Assembly (NCBI GenBank): GCA_963729625.1
Contig: CAVSOU010000011.1
Coordinates: forward strand, 192,001 to 256,000
Length of the DNA: 64,000 nt
DNA from: an uncultured bacterium
GTDB taxonomy: Bacteria; Chloroflexota; UBA5177; JANWHV01
Direction of reading: 5' to 3'
The position numbers and the translations under genes are program-made. Under the pieces are notes generated by a model. It saw nothing but the letters and a program-made list of their open reading frames with translations. It ran no database searches and had not been told where the DNA came from. Shown in pieces: positions 20,554 through 29,891 of the stretch; positions within the stretch are counted from its first letter, which is position 1, and every line of letters starts with the position of its first letter.

Positions 20554-21693
20554 GTGCGCATGCGGTTATTGCGCGCGCTGCTTGCCGCGGTCGTCATGGC
20601 TGCAAGCGGGCCGGCTTGGCCGCGGTTATCTGCCGCGGGCAACGATGCAGGCGCGCGAGTCTCGTGCGCGTTCCAACACCTGGACACCGGGGGCAAGGTC
20701 GGCCAGGTCTTCATGGTGTCGTTTGACGGGAGCGAGCCATCGCGTGCACTGAACGACTTGGTGCGTGCCTGGAGGCCAGGCGGCGTCGTGCTCTTCGGTA
20801 GAAACATTGGTACAGCACGTGAGCTGAGGGCGCTTATAGCAAGTGCGCAGCATGCGGCTACTCTGCCCCTGCTGGTCGCCACGGACCAGGAGGGTGGATC
20901 GGTCGTGCGCATTCGGGTCGGACTGAATCCCCTGCCTGCCGAGGCCTACTACGGGACGATCGGATCGGTGGCGCGCGTCTATCAAGACACTTTGGCTCAG
21001 GGTCGGGCGCTGAAGAGCCTTGGGGTCAATCTCGATCTTGCCCCGGTCGTCGACGTGCGTGTCGACGCCAAGAGTGCAATCGGCAGCCGCAGCTTCGGGC
21101 CGAATCCGGCGCTCGACGGCATTCTGGCGGCTGCCGCGGTGCAGGGGTATCAGGCGGCCGGTATCGGCGCCACGGCGAAGCACTTCATCGCGCTTGGCGA
21201 GGTCAAGGCGAACGCCGACCTCGACCTTCCGGTGGTAAAGGCCAGCCGCGCGGAGATCGAGGCTCGAGACTTACCCCCCATGCGCGCGGCGGTGGCGGCT
21301 GGGGTGGCGGCGATGATGGTCACGCGCGTCCAGATCCCGGCACTGGATCCGAGCGGCACGACCGCCTATGCATCTCCGCGCATGATCAAGAATGTCATTC
21401 GTGGCGAACTTGGATTTGGCGGTTTGCTGATAACCGATAGCCTTGTTACACCTGCGATCTTCGCCGGGCCCGGTCCGGAGATCGCTGCAACTGCCGCGTT
21501 ACGTGCTGGAGACGACATGCTGCTTCTGGGTAGCGGCGTCAAGATCCCGGCAGCGCGCCTTAACAAGGTCATCCTGGCCGTGTCCCACGCGGTGGCAACA
21601 GGCAGTGTCTCCACGTCTCGCTTGAACTCGGCAGTCCTTCAGGTGCTCCGACTCAAGGCGCGACTGGGTTTGTTGCCGGCTTGTGGCGCATAA
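20554..21693 (+). CDS. Secreted GH3 beta-N-acetylhexosaminidase (NagZ-like)
   Basis: Signal peptide; motifs DQEGGSV, LAPVVDV, IGSRSFG, AKHF and ITDSL. Confidence 0.8.
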   Translation: MRMRLLRALLAAVVMAASGPAWPRLSAAGNDAGARVSCAFQHLDTGGKVGQVFMVSFDGSEPSRALNDLVRAWRPGGVVLFGRNIGTARELRALIASAQHAATLPLLVATDQEGGSVVRIRVGLNPLPAEAYYGTIGSVARVYQDTLAQGRALKSLGVNLDLAPVVDVRVDAKSAIGSRSFGPNPALDGILAAAAVQGYQAAGIGATAKHFIALGEVKANADLDLPVVKASRAEIEARDLPPMRAAVAAGVAAMMVTRVQIPALDPSGTTAYASPRMIKNVIRGELGFGGLLITDSLVTPAIFAGPGPEIAATAALRAGDDMLLLGSGVKIPAARLNKVILAVSHAVATGSVSTSRLNSAVLQVLRLKARLGLLPACGA

Positions 21694-21973
21694 GAGGGCG
21701 GCGTCTGGCGTGATACGCCCACGAGCTGCAAATCGTTCCACACGACCTCCGGGCAGATATGGATGGAAGTGACGATAGGCCAGAAGGCTCCGTGTACGCG
21801 CTGCAGTCGTCGCCCGGGGACTCATGGGACGGAACCCCTGCCCTGCGCTTTCAACCCGAGGTTCCTTGAGTATTTGGGGACTGGTATGAATGTGTCGAGC
21901 CTTGGCTGCATACTCGATCGCAGAATCCAGGTGTGCGCGGCGTGCCGGGGGTGCGGAGACCTGAGAAAACGCC

Positions 21974-21984
21974 TGTGGTACAAT
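21974..21984 (+). promoter_or_regulatory. Extended -10 element (TGTGGTACAAT) upstream of htpX
   Basis: TGn-TACAAT about 90 nt before the htpX start. Confidence 0.45.
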
Positions 21985-22076
21985 CCCAGTGAATGACGAG
22001 CCAAAGTGCGCTGGGTGCCACCCAGCCGGCTCCTAAATGATGAACGCGTGTTAGCGCGAAGAGGGACCAGACGACA

Positions 22077-22979
22077 ATGGCTGCGAAACGTTGGTACGGG
22101 CGAGATACTCAGCTCACGCTACGGATGGGCTTCACGCTCTTCCTCCTGGCGCTGTTGTACTCAGTATTTCTCGCGGTGCTGTGGAAGGCAACAGGCAGCT
22201 TCTTCTTGCTTGTGTTTGTGGGCGCCGCAATGGTGTTGTTCCAGTACTTCGCGTCGGATAAGCTTGTGCTGCTCAGCACAGGTGCGCGCGAAGTCACGCC
22301 GCAGCAGGAGCCCGAGCTGTATCGCATTATTACGAGGCTTTCGCAGCTCGCGGATCTGCCGACACCGCGCGTCGCGATCATGGAAACCATGGTGCCAAAC
22401 GCCTTCGCGACAGGTCGGAGCCCAAAGCATGCGGTGATCGCGGTGACCCGTGGCATCACTCAGCTCCTTGATCCGCAAGAGCTGGAGAGCGTGCTGGGGC
22501 ACGAGATGAGCCACATCAAGAATCGCGACATGATGGTGCTTACATATGCGAGCTTGTTCGCCAGCGTAGCCTCGTTCATCGTCCAGATCGGCATGTGGAC
22601 GGGATTCGGGATGAATGACCGTGACGATCGCGACGGCAATGCAGCCATGGTGGTGTTCCTCGTCTCAGCAGCCGTGTGGGCGATCAGCTTCTTCCTGCTT
22701 CGCGCGTTGTCTCGTTATCGTGAGTACTCGGCGGATCGCGGGTCAGTGCTGCTGACCGGCACGCCCGCCACGATGCGGTCGGCGCTGCTGAAGGTGAGCG
22801 GTACGATGCAGCGCATTCCAAATGCGGACTTGCGCACCGCGCAGTCGATGAACGCGTTCTTCATCGTGCCTCAGGTGAAATCTGCTACTGTCGAGCTGTT
22901 CAGCACGCATCCTTCGCTCGAGCACCGCCTGGCGCGGCTCGAGGCGCTGGAGAAGAACATGAACAAGTTGGGCCGGTAG
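22077..22979 (+). CDS. htpX: Zinc metalloprotease HtpX (M48)
   Basis: Motifs PNAFATG, HEMSH, SRYREYSAD and FSTHP. Confidence 0.92.
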   Translation: MAAKRWYGRDTQLTLRMGFTLFLLALLYSVFLAVLWKATGSFFLLVFVGAAMVLFQYFASDKLVLLSTGAREVTPQQEPELYRIITRLSQLADLPTPRVAIMETMVPNAFATGRSPKHAVIAVTRGITQLLDPQELESVLGHEMSHIKNRDMMVLTYASLFASVASFIVQIGMWTGFGMNDRDDRDGNAAMVVFLVSAAVWAISFFLLRALSRYREYSADRGSVLLTGTPATMRSALLKVSGTMQRIPNADLRTAQSMNAFFIVPQVKSATVELFSTHPSLEHRLARLEALEKNMNKLGR

Positions 22980-22982
22980 CCC

Positions 22983-23555
22983 GTGAGCTTCCTGGATAAG
23001 CTGCTCGGTACGACAAAGCCTGTCGCGTCCAAGACCGAAGGTCTTTTTGCCATCTCCACCGCCGTCGTCACGCTGCAGGTGTCGCTGCATCTCGAGCCAA
23101 GCAAGGAGGCTGCGATCTGCTTCAAGTCGGTGGAAGCGCTGCGGTTCGAGGAGATGCAGCGTGACATCAATGACTTGCTCGCGATCCGAGCAAAAGATAC
23201 GGGCACGCAGTCTAATATGCGCGCACTGTCGGACAACCTTGGTTTCCAGTGGGCGATGATCCACACCGAGGACTTCGAGGATCTGGTAACGACCGTTCAC
23301 ATGGTGAGTGAAGAGCTCCGCTCGCGCGGGTATGGCGATCGCCTGTATTCGTCGGTCTTCAAGTTCATGGGCGAAGGCCAAAACGTATATTGGATGTATA
23401 ACTACAAACGCGGCAAGTGGTACCCCTTCGTGCCAAAGGGCGAAGGCGCGCGCGACAATTCGTATGAGTTGCGCCTATCCTCGTTGATGAGCGGAGAGAT
23501 GCCCATCGAGAAGGAGCTGGAGTATTGGTATCCGATGTGGGGCATGCCGGTCTGA
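22983..23555 (+). CDS. pspAB: PspA-associated protein PspAB
   Basis: Motifs LFAISTAVVTL, DFEDLVTTVH and YNYKRGKWYPFVP...RDNSYEL; htpX/pspA context. Confidence 0.75.
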   Translation: MSFLDKLLGTTKPVASKTEGLFAISTAVVTLQVSLHLEPSKEAAICFKSVEALRFEEMQRDINDLLAIRAKDTGTQSNMRALSDNLGFQWAMIHTEDFEDLVTTVHMVSEELRSRGYGDRLYSSVFKFMGEGQNVYWMYNYKRGKWYPFVPKGEGARDNSYELRLSSLMSGEMPIEKELEYWYPMWGMPV

Positions 23556-23655
23556 ACCGGCCTGCTTCTCGGAGGACGACGCAGTCGCCAGGATCGAGCG
23601 AGGGGTGCTGCCCCGATCGGCAGCACCCCTTGACGAGTGGTAGGGAACAGAACGG

Positions 23656-23934
23656 CTATCCGGGAATGAGGCCGTCTTCCTTCAGGGTAGCCACGATTTC
23701 GTCATAGGTGAGGTCAGCGGGCGGAAGGATCGCATCCGACGGGACGATTTCGTCGTCACGCACAGGGCTGCCTTCGGCCTGCACAAACGCGATCATCTTA
23801 TAAAGAAGCGCTGTGACTGACTGCTCGTCGTGATGCGTCACGGCATCTTGTAACTGCGTATCCAGCGCGTTGAGCCCGTCGAGCACCGAGCTCTGCAATT
23901 GATACTGACCGCTGCCTTGTACTCGTACTATCAT
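23656..23934 (-). CDS. pspAA: PspA-associated protein PspAA (copy 2)
   Basis: MIVRVQGSGQY...SDAILPPADLT...EDGLIPG. Confidence 0.8.
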   Translation of the reverse strand: MIVRVQGSGQYQLQSSVLDGLNALDTQLQDAVTHHDEQSVTALLYKMIAFVQAEGSPVRDDEIVPSDAILPPADLTYDEIVATLKEDGLIPG

Positions 23935-24130
23935 CGATGCTGTCCGCTTTCACTCTCCATCGGGCCACGAAGGTAGGATCTGGACTGCGTGCGGCTCACG
24001 GCAGACACGCTGCTCTCGCGGCCAACCATTGCCGACACCGCGAGGCCAGATAGCCCGGGCGGCCATTGCCACTACCCGCGCGGCACCCCCTTGCTGGGTC
24101 CGCGCTCCGTGAACCATCCCCGCTCATCCT

Positions 24131-24424
24131 TCACGTGGCCGGGCTGCCCAATCCCGCGCGATCTTCGCGACCGAGCAAGGCATGAAACTCCTCGATTGTG
24201 AACGTGTCATGTGGGAGCACTGCATCGGACGGAACAAGCTCATCGAGGCCGACGGGCGCGCCCTCTCGTTGGACCAGCGCAATCATCTCCTCGAGAAGCT
24301 GATGCGTTCGAACGTCGTTCTTAGCCTCGACTGCTGAAAGCAGGCTGCGATCGAGATCGTGCACCGCCTGTTCAGTGCTTTCGGACAGGCGATACTGCCC
24401 GCTCCCCAGCACTCGCACGATCAT
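24131..24424 (-). CDS. pspAA: PspA-associated protein PspAA (copy 1)
   Basis: MIVRVLGSGQY...SDAVLP. ATGA overlap with pspA. Confidence 0.8.
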   Translation of the reverse strand: MIVRVLGSGQYRLSESTEQAVHDLDRSLLSAVEAKNDVRTHQLLEEMIALVQREGAPVGLDELVPSDAVLPHDTFTIEEFHALLGREDRAGLGSPAT

Positions 24425-25170
24425 TGGCCACTTCCCGTGCTCTGGCCCAACTGCTTCGGCGGTTCCGCGCCCTGACCAAGCTGGGCCTTGAGCGCGGCGA
24501 GTTCCGCGTCGACATTTCCTCCCGCCGACAGCTGATCGAGCTGCGCTTGCAGATCGTCGCCGGGGCCTAGCACGTCAGGCAGGGTCCCGGCAGCGGTTAG
24601 CTCGCCGATGGCGTTCGCTCGTGCCTGCATCGCCTGCGTCTTGTCCTCGGCGCGCTGGATGGCCGCGTTGACATCGGCCATCTCCTCAGACAGGCCGCTG
24701 GCCGCTTCACTGATACGTACCTGAGCTTGAGCGGCGGTAAACTGCGCCTTGATTGTTTCTTTCCTGGTCTTGAACGACTCGATTTTCGCGGCAAGACGCT
24801 GCTCGCCCTGCTGCAACTGCGCCTGCTGTGCCTCGAGCGTCTCAACCTGTGCCTGCATGCTCGTCACCTGGGTCTGGAGATCTGACTTGCGTTGCAAGGC
24901 GAGGCGGGCGAGGTCCTCGCGGTTGGCAGCCAATGCCTGACGCGCTTGGTTGTCGTACTTTGCCGAGTCCTGTTGGAGCTTAGTCAGTTGCAGCTGCAGA
25001 CGCGACTTGGCAGTGACGACGTCGGCAATGCCGCGGCGCACCTTTTGGAGCTGTTCGATCTGCTGCTCATAGGAATAATCGAGCGTTTCGTTAGGATTCT
25101 CGGCCGCATCGAGAGCGGAGTTCATCTTGGACTTGAATATTGTGGAGATGCGGCCCAGCACGCCTGCCAT
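24421..25170 (-). CDS. pspA: PspA/IM30 family protein
   Basis: Motifs AENPNETLD, REDLARLAL and VDAELAALK; long coiled coil; GGAGG before the ATG at 25170. Confidence 0.92.
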   Translation of the reverse strand: MAGVLGRISTIFKSKMNSALDAAENPNETLDYSYEQQIEQLQKVRRGIADVVTAKSRLQLQLTKLQQDSAKYDNQARQALAANREDLARLALQRKSDLQTQVTSMQAQVETLEAQQAQLQQGEQRLAAKIESFKTRKETIKAQFTAAQAQVRISEAASGLSEEMADVNAAIQRAEDKTQAMQARANAIGELTAAGTLPDVLGPGDDLQAQLDQLSAGGNVDAELAALKAQLGQGAEPPKQLGQSTGSGQ

Positions 25171-25447
25171 CAGAACCTCCCTGCTGACGCGATTGACGTC
25201 ATAAAGCCGTGGGACGGTACCCGGGATCTCGTGGTGCCCACCCATAGCCTTCCTACTATAACATTAGTGTCCTTGCCATGCGACACTCCGCGCAATCGTA
25301 AGCACGAAGGGCTGACCGGCGGGCGCGGATTGCATGGACGCTATGACACTAGTCTACCGTCGGTAGAAGACTCACGTGAAACCCTCGCTGACGAAGGGCA
25401 GGGTGTAACTGTGCCATCCGTGTTTCGGGCTACAGTGCTCCCGCGCC

Positions 25448-25588
25448 TCAGTCGGTTTCCGACGCCGCGGGCGCTTCGAGATCCGGCGCGCTGTCGCGCC
25501 GTGCGTCGAAGAACTCAATGTCGCGCTGCAGGAGATCGAGGCTGAACCGCTTCTGGCCGTCGTTCCCGGTCCACTCGCGGGCTTCCAG
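25448..25588 (-). pseudogene. C-terminal fragment resembling single-stranded DNA-binding protein
   Basis: Own translation LEAREWTGNDGQKRFSLDLLQRDIEFFDARRDSAPDLEAPAASETD*. An in-frame TAG lies shortly upstream and there is no start codon. Confidence 0.5.
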
Positions 25589-25807
25589 CCAGTACTTCTT
25601 CGTCTTTGCGGTCTCTTGCCGATCTTGCTAGAGTAGGGTTGGGTTCCGCCTATGCACGTCTAACGTGAAGCCACGGCGAGATCTCCATTGACGCGCACGA
25701 TCCTGGGGGCGCGGGCGTCTCGCCCGACTTGTTTTGTGGCCGGCTACGGCCTTAGTTTAGAGTCAGAATGGGTTTCGCGGACCCGCGTTGGAGGGACGTC
25801 GGTGGTC

Positions 25808-26398
25808 ATGCTGCCGGACCAACAGAGGAAGTACGGCTCGGCTATGAAAGTCGTGGCCGCCTTACCGATCCTGGTCGTTCTGGCGGTCGTCGTGGCGTTC
25901 GTGGTCCATCTCGAATGGTCCGCCCTGGCTGGGTCGCAGCAAGCCGTGCCCACGGCTGCCGCAACGCTCACGGGGGACCAATCGGGGGAATCTCCGGACG
26001 CGACCCTGACCTATCCTGGATCAACGGACATCAAGCGGCAATCCGGGACCCTCGCGAGCCTGGCAGGGTCGAACCCGTTCAGCTCCGGAATGGTAGCGCA
26101 GTTGGCTGATGCCGCGAAGGGTTACTCGTCGGCGCCGATCTTCGGCACCCAGTTCGACACCGGCGACGGTCCTGCTACTGTGCTGCAATGGTTTGACGGA
26201 TCGCTTAGAGCTCGCGGCTGGTGCGCGCCAGCGAGCGTAAACCTCAACACTGCTATCCACGTCTATGTTAATCCACCGCTTGACGCATATGCTGTGATTG
26301 CGATGCCTGCGCAGTCGCTGACCAGTGGTCAGACGGGTTCGAGCGTAGCGACGTGGTACCTGCGCTTCCCGACTTCCGGCGCCGTCCCGTCGTGCTAG
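25808..26398 (+). CDS. Hypothetical membrane-anchored or secreted protein
   Basis: N-terminal hydrophobic segment, Ser/Thr/Ala-rich linker and two Cys; GGAGGG upstream. The start is uncertain. Confidence 0.6.
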   Translation: MLPDQQRKYGSAMKVVAALPILVVLAVVVAFVVHLEWSALAGSQQAVPTAAATLTGDQSGESPDATLTYPGSTDIKRQSGTLASLAGSNPFSSGMVAQLADAAKGYSSAPIFGTQFDTGDGPATVLQWFDGSLRARGWCAPASVNLNTAIHVYVNPPLDAYAVIAMPAQSLTSGQTGSSVATWYLRFPTSGAVPSC

Positions 26399-26680
26399 CG
26401 GTCTGTCGGCTTGCATCGGATAAAGTGGAAGGCCGGCCTGACATTGCGCGGGGCCCGACCCACTCTTCGGGGGGTACCCCGTGCGGCTCGCGGGCAGCCC
26501 CGGCGCGAATGCGGTCCCCGGAGCCGCAAACACGTGTGGTAGGTGAGCTACGCGTCATCCGTCAGCCCTCTGCAGTTGCGCTATCCCGACAGTTCACCGT
26601 CCGTGCGATGCCCTGCCGCAGCTTCAGGCTGGGCGTCCGACCCTGCCCTTGCACGCACCCTACGCATGCATGACCCGCCG

Positions 26681-27373
26681 CTAGCGGTCCCGGTCGATCG
26701 TCGCGAGCGCCAGCACCGCGGCATACACGTGACGCGCGCCCGATCCGCGGAGGGCGTCTGCTGCCGCTCGCAAGGTTGCGCCCGTCGTGCACACGTCGTC
26801 GACGAGTACAACGCTCCTGCCCTTGTACGCGCCGGCTTCGGCTGAGAACGCGCCTCGGATGTTCCGCGCCCGCTCCTCGGCGCTCATGCCGACCTGCGGC
26901 GGGGTCGCTCGGACACGCTGCAGGCCGGTGTCTTCCACGCGCATTCCGTGCTTGACGCTTGCGGCCCGTGCGAGCAAGGCAGCCTGATTATAGCCTCGCT
27001 GGCGCTGGCGACCGGGGTGGAGCGGGATGGGCACGAGAATTGGGTCCATGCCTGCGAATGGGGCGATAGCCCTGTCGAGCACGACGGCCAGATCATCCGC
27101 CGCGGCTCTTTTGCCCCCATATTTGAACCGGTGGATGGCGAGCCGCAGTTGATTGTCGTACGTCCCCGCGGCCCTGACGTAGAGCAAGGCATGCCTGCGA
27201 CAGCGGCAGTGCGGTTGCTCCGGGTCAACCGCCACTCTGCAGGCTGGGCACATGGCATCGTCCAGTCGACGCGTGGCCTCGAGACAGGCCATGCAGAAGA
27301 ACGCGCCGACGACATCACAGCCGAGACAGCGGGGCGGGAACAGGAGATCGAGGACCGTTCGTAGCGGACCCAC
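26681..27373 (-). CDS. comF: ComF family protein (double zinc ribbon + PRTase)
   Basis: FPPRCLGC and further CxxC motifs; RGYNQA; LVDDVCTTGATL. Confidence 0.9.
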   Translation of the reverse strand: MGPLRTVLDLLFPPRCLGCDVVGAFFCMACLEATRRLDDAMCPACRVAVDPEQPHCRCRRHALLYVRAAGTYDNQLRLAIHRFKYGGKRAAADDLAVVLDRAIAPFAGMDPILVPIPLHPGRQRQRGYNQAALLARAASVKHGMRVEDTGLQRVRATPPQVGMSAEERARNIRGAFSAEAGAYKGRSVVLVDDVCTTGATLRAAADALRGSGARHVYAAVLALATIDRDR

Positions 27374-27442
27374 AAGTCGCGCTCTCCCATCCGGCCAGGA
27401 CGACCGCCGCTGTGCTTGCCAATCCGATCGTCGCGGCGCCAG

Positions 27443-27799
27443 CTACCGGTCTTCCAGCACGATCGCGTCGCCTTCCACCGTACCGGTGCGCGCAGCCGTT
27501 CCGGCCGGCAATTCGATGGCCATGCGGCATTTCCGCACGAACGGTCCCAGCCTCCACGGCTTGATGCCGTGCAGTACGCGGAGCACCGTACCCTGCTTGT
27601 CGGTATGCACGATATCCAGCGCGAAGCGCATGAAGAACATGTGGACGGGCTCGCCGGACATGATCACCAGTCCGCCGCCTTCCGGCAGGCCCCTTCGCAG
27701 CATCAGCCCCGCGAACTTGGCAAAGAAACTCGAGGCAAGCTCGGCGTCATCGGCGAGATACGCTCCCCGCGTGCTGTTCAGCACCCTGACGTGGCGCAT
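27443..27799 (-). CDS. DUF192 family protein
   Basis: Motifs GLM, VHMFFMRFALDIV and IELPAG; AAGGGGAG before the ATG at 27799. Confidence 0.85.
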   Translation of the reverse strand: MRHVRVLNSTRGAYLADDAELASSFFAKFAGLMLRRGLPEGGGLVIMSGEPVHMFFMRFALDIVHTDKQGTVLRVLHGIKPWRLGPFVRKCRMAIELPAGTAARTGTVEGDAIVLEDR

Positions 27800-28088
27800 A
27801 GTCGGTCTCCCCTTTAGCGCAGCCGCCTCTGCCAACACGCGCTCTGCCCGTGTCGCCGCTGGCCCGGGCAGCGTGGATGTCGTCGTTGAGTATACGACAA
27901 CTGCGACCTCTTCTGGCATCTCGTGACGTGGCGCATGACCTTATGTCGTGCCTTCCCTCGGATTCTCAAGTCTCCTCAAACGCAGACCCGGCTCTCACGC
28001 GCACCTCACATACTGACGTGCTCTTGACTTGGACCACCCACACGCCGGCATGAGTAGCAGGGCAGGAGGCACAAGGTGCCTGGCCCGC

Positions 28089-28130
28089 TGCTGGCATATC
28101 TGCTAGCATTACATGCAGGAGGTGATAGCA
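28089..28130 (+). promoter_or_regulatory. FitA-type operator octamers
   Basis: TGCTGGCA (28089), TGCTAGCA (28101) and TGATAGCA (28123) resemble the Neisseria FitAB site TGCTATCA/TGATAGCA. Confidence 0.65.
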
Positions 28131-28376
28131 ATGGCAGCATTGAGCATCCGAAACCTCGATGAGCAGGTGCAGCGCCGCCTTAAGGTGCGCGCAGCGCAAC
28201 ACGGCAGGTCGATGGAGGCAGAGGCGCGCGCGATTCTCACAGACGCCGTTCGGGAGCCTGCAGACGCTGCCGGGCTGTTCACCGAGATTCTGGAGCGCTT
28301 CGGTGCACTCGGTGGGGTCGACTTGCCGATGCCAGAGCGCCACGACCCGGCGCGTGCCGCGGATTTCAACGCATGA
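28131..28376 (+). CDS. FitA-like RHH antitoxin
   Basis: LSIRNLDE...LKVRAAQHGRSMEAEARAIL. Confidence 0.9.
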   Translation: MAALSIRNLDEQVQRRLKVRAAQHGRSMEAEARAILTDAVREPADAAGLFTEILERFGALGGVDLPMPERHDPARAADFNA

Positions 28377-28798
28377 TCATCCTCGATACGAACGTGGTCT
28401 CCGAACTGATGCGTTCGGACCCCGCGCCACAGGTCGCGACCTGGGTTCGCAGGCGAGACAGGCATGAGCTTTGCACGACCTCGATCACGCTCGCGGAAAT
28501 CCGCTACGGTATCGCCAGGCTTCCCGACGGCCGCAGGAAACAGGCCCTCCTCGGCACCGCCGACGAGGTCTTCCGGACCTTCGAAGATCAAGTGCTGCCG
28601 GTCGACGCTGCAGCCGCGCTGCACTACGCAGAGATCGCGGGCAAGCGCGAGCGATCAGGAAAGCCAATCTCTGGCTTCGACGCGCTCATCGCGGCGATTT
28701 GTCGCTCCCAGAATGCCGCGCTAGCAACGCGCAACGTGTCTGACTTCGATGATACCGGCATCGAGATCATAGACCCCTGGGCACAGCGCGACACGTGA
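28373..28798 (+). CDS. vapC: VapC/FitB PIN-domain toxin
   Basis: Motifs IILDTNVVSE, FDALIAAI and LATRNVSDF; ATGA overlap with the antitoxin gene. Confidence 0.92.
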   Translation: MIILDTNVVSELMRSDPAPQVATWVRRRDRHELCTTSITLAEIRYGIARLPDGRRKQALLGTADEVFRTFEDQVLPVDAAAALHYAEIAGKRERSGKPISGFDALIAAICRSQNAALATRNVSDFDDTGIEIIDPWAQRDT

Positions 28799-28847
28799 GC
28801 ACCGTTAGGCAGGCCGCCAGGCTCGTCGTACCCGCGATTTCGTCCGT

Positions 28848-29189
28848 GTGGTGGCCAAGGTGTTGATCGCCTGGCACGACGACCTACCCGCGGATGACAC
28901 AGAGCCTGTCAACACCACCGTGGAGCGATTGCGCCGCCACGGGCCAGCGCTGCGCCGACCGACTGTCGGCCGGATCGAACAATCGCGGTACGCCAACATG
29001 CGCGAGTTGCGTGTGCCCAAGAAGCACGTCCGTAACCTGTTTGCCTTTGACCTGCGCCGCTGTGCAATCCTGCTGCTGGGCGGCAGCAAAGCCGGCGATT
29101 GGGACGCTTGGTATGATCGCAATGTGCCGACCGCTGATGCTCTGTACACCGAACACCTCGAGATTATTCGCAAGGAGCAACGGCCATGA
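28848..29189 (+). CDS. HigB/RelE (Gp49-like) toxin, N-terminus possibly truncated
   Basis: Motifs GPALRRP, SRYANMRELR and LFAFD.RR.AILLLGG.K. No clear Shine-Dalgarno sequence. Confidence 0.8.
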   Translation: MVAKVLIAWHDDLPADDTEPVNTTVERLRRHGPALRRPTVGRIEQSRYANMRELRVPKKHVRNLFAFDLRRCAILLLGGSKAGDWDAWYDRNVPTADALYTEHLEIIRKEQRP

Positions 29190-29527
29190 CCAGGAAGTGG
29201 GACCAGATCAAACGGCCCGGCAATCCCGCCATGGAGCGCGGCTACGACGCGGCACTGACCACAGCTACCTGGCTTTCCGAGTTGCGCCAACGTTGCGGGC
29301 TGACCCAAGTCGACATGGCCCAGCGCCTCGGAAAAAGCCAGTCAGCGATCTCTCAGTTGGAAGCTGAGACGGACACGCACGTCTCCACCGTCGTCGCCTA
29401 TATCGCGGCACTTGGCGGCCGGCTCCAGTTCACCGCAACCCTACCCAGCGGCGAACAAGTTCAGCTCGACCAGATGCCACCCGATGACGCGGCTACCCAA
29501 GACACCCTGCTGGCCGAAGCGATCTAG
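29186..29527 (+). CDS. HigA-like XRE HTH antitoxin
   Basis: LSELRQRCGLTQVDMAQRLGKSQSAISQLE...YIAALGG. Confidence 0.85.
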   Translation: MTRKWDQIKRPGNPAMERGYDAALTTATWLSELRQRCGLTQVDMAQRLGKSQSAISQLEAETDTHVSTVVAYIAALGGRLQFTATLPSGEQVQLDQMPPDDAATQDTLLAEAI

Positions 29528-29656
29528 CAGCCTATCGGAGAGATAGTGTAGAACGCGATGCGTGTACGAACTGATCGGCGAGCCGGGCGTGCTCGCATAC
29601 GACCCGCTGATAGACCGGGTCCAATGCGCGATCTGCGGCCGGTGGTACCAGACACA

Positions 29657-29781
29657 CACGAACGGCCCCAGTCGCCAGGGCCGGATGCCGGGAAGGATGC
29701 GAAGCACCGTCCCCTGCTTGTCCGCATGGATCACGTCCAGCGCGAGTCGCATGAAGAACATGTGGATCGGCTCGCCGGACA
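29657..29781 (-). pseudogene. Diverged internal fragment of a second DUF192 gene
   Basis: Gap-free match to 27536-27660 with 23 mismatches in 125 nt by hand count (about 82% identity). Confidence 0.85.
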
Positions 29782-29891
29782 GGATAGAGGTTATCACCGG
29801 CGAGCACTTCGTTTGAAGTCAAAGCGAACCAACGCCAATAACTCCTGAACACCCGCCAATAACTTGTGAATCCTACAACCGTACCTGAACG

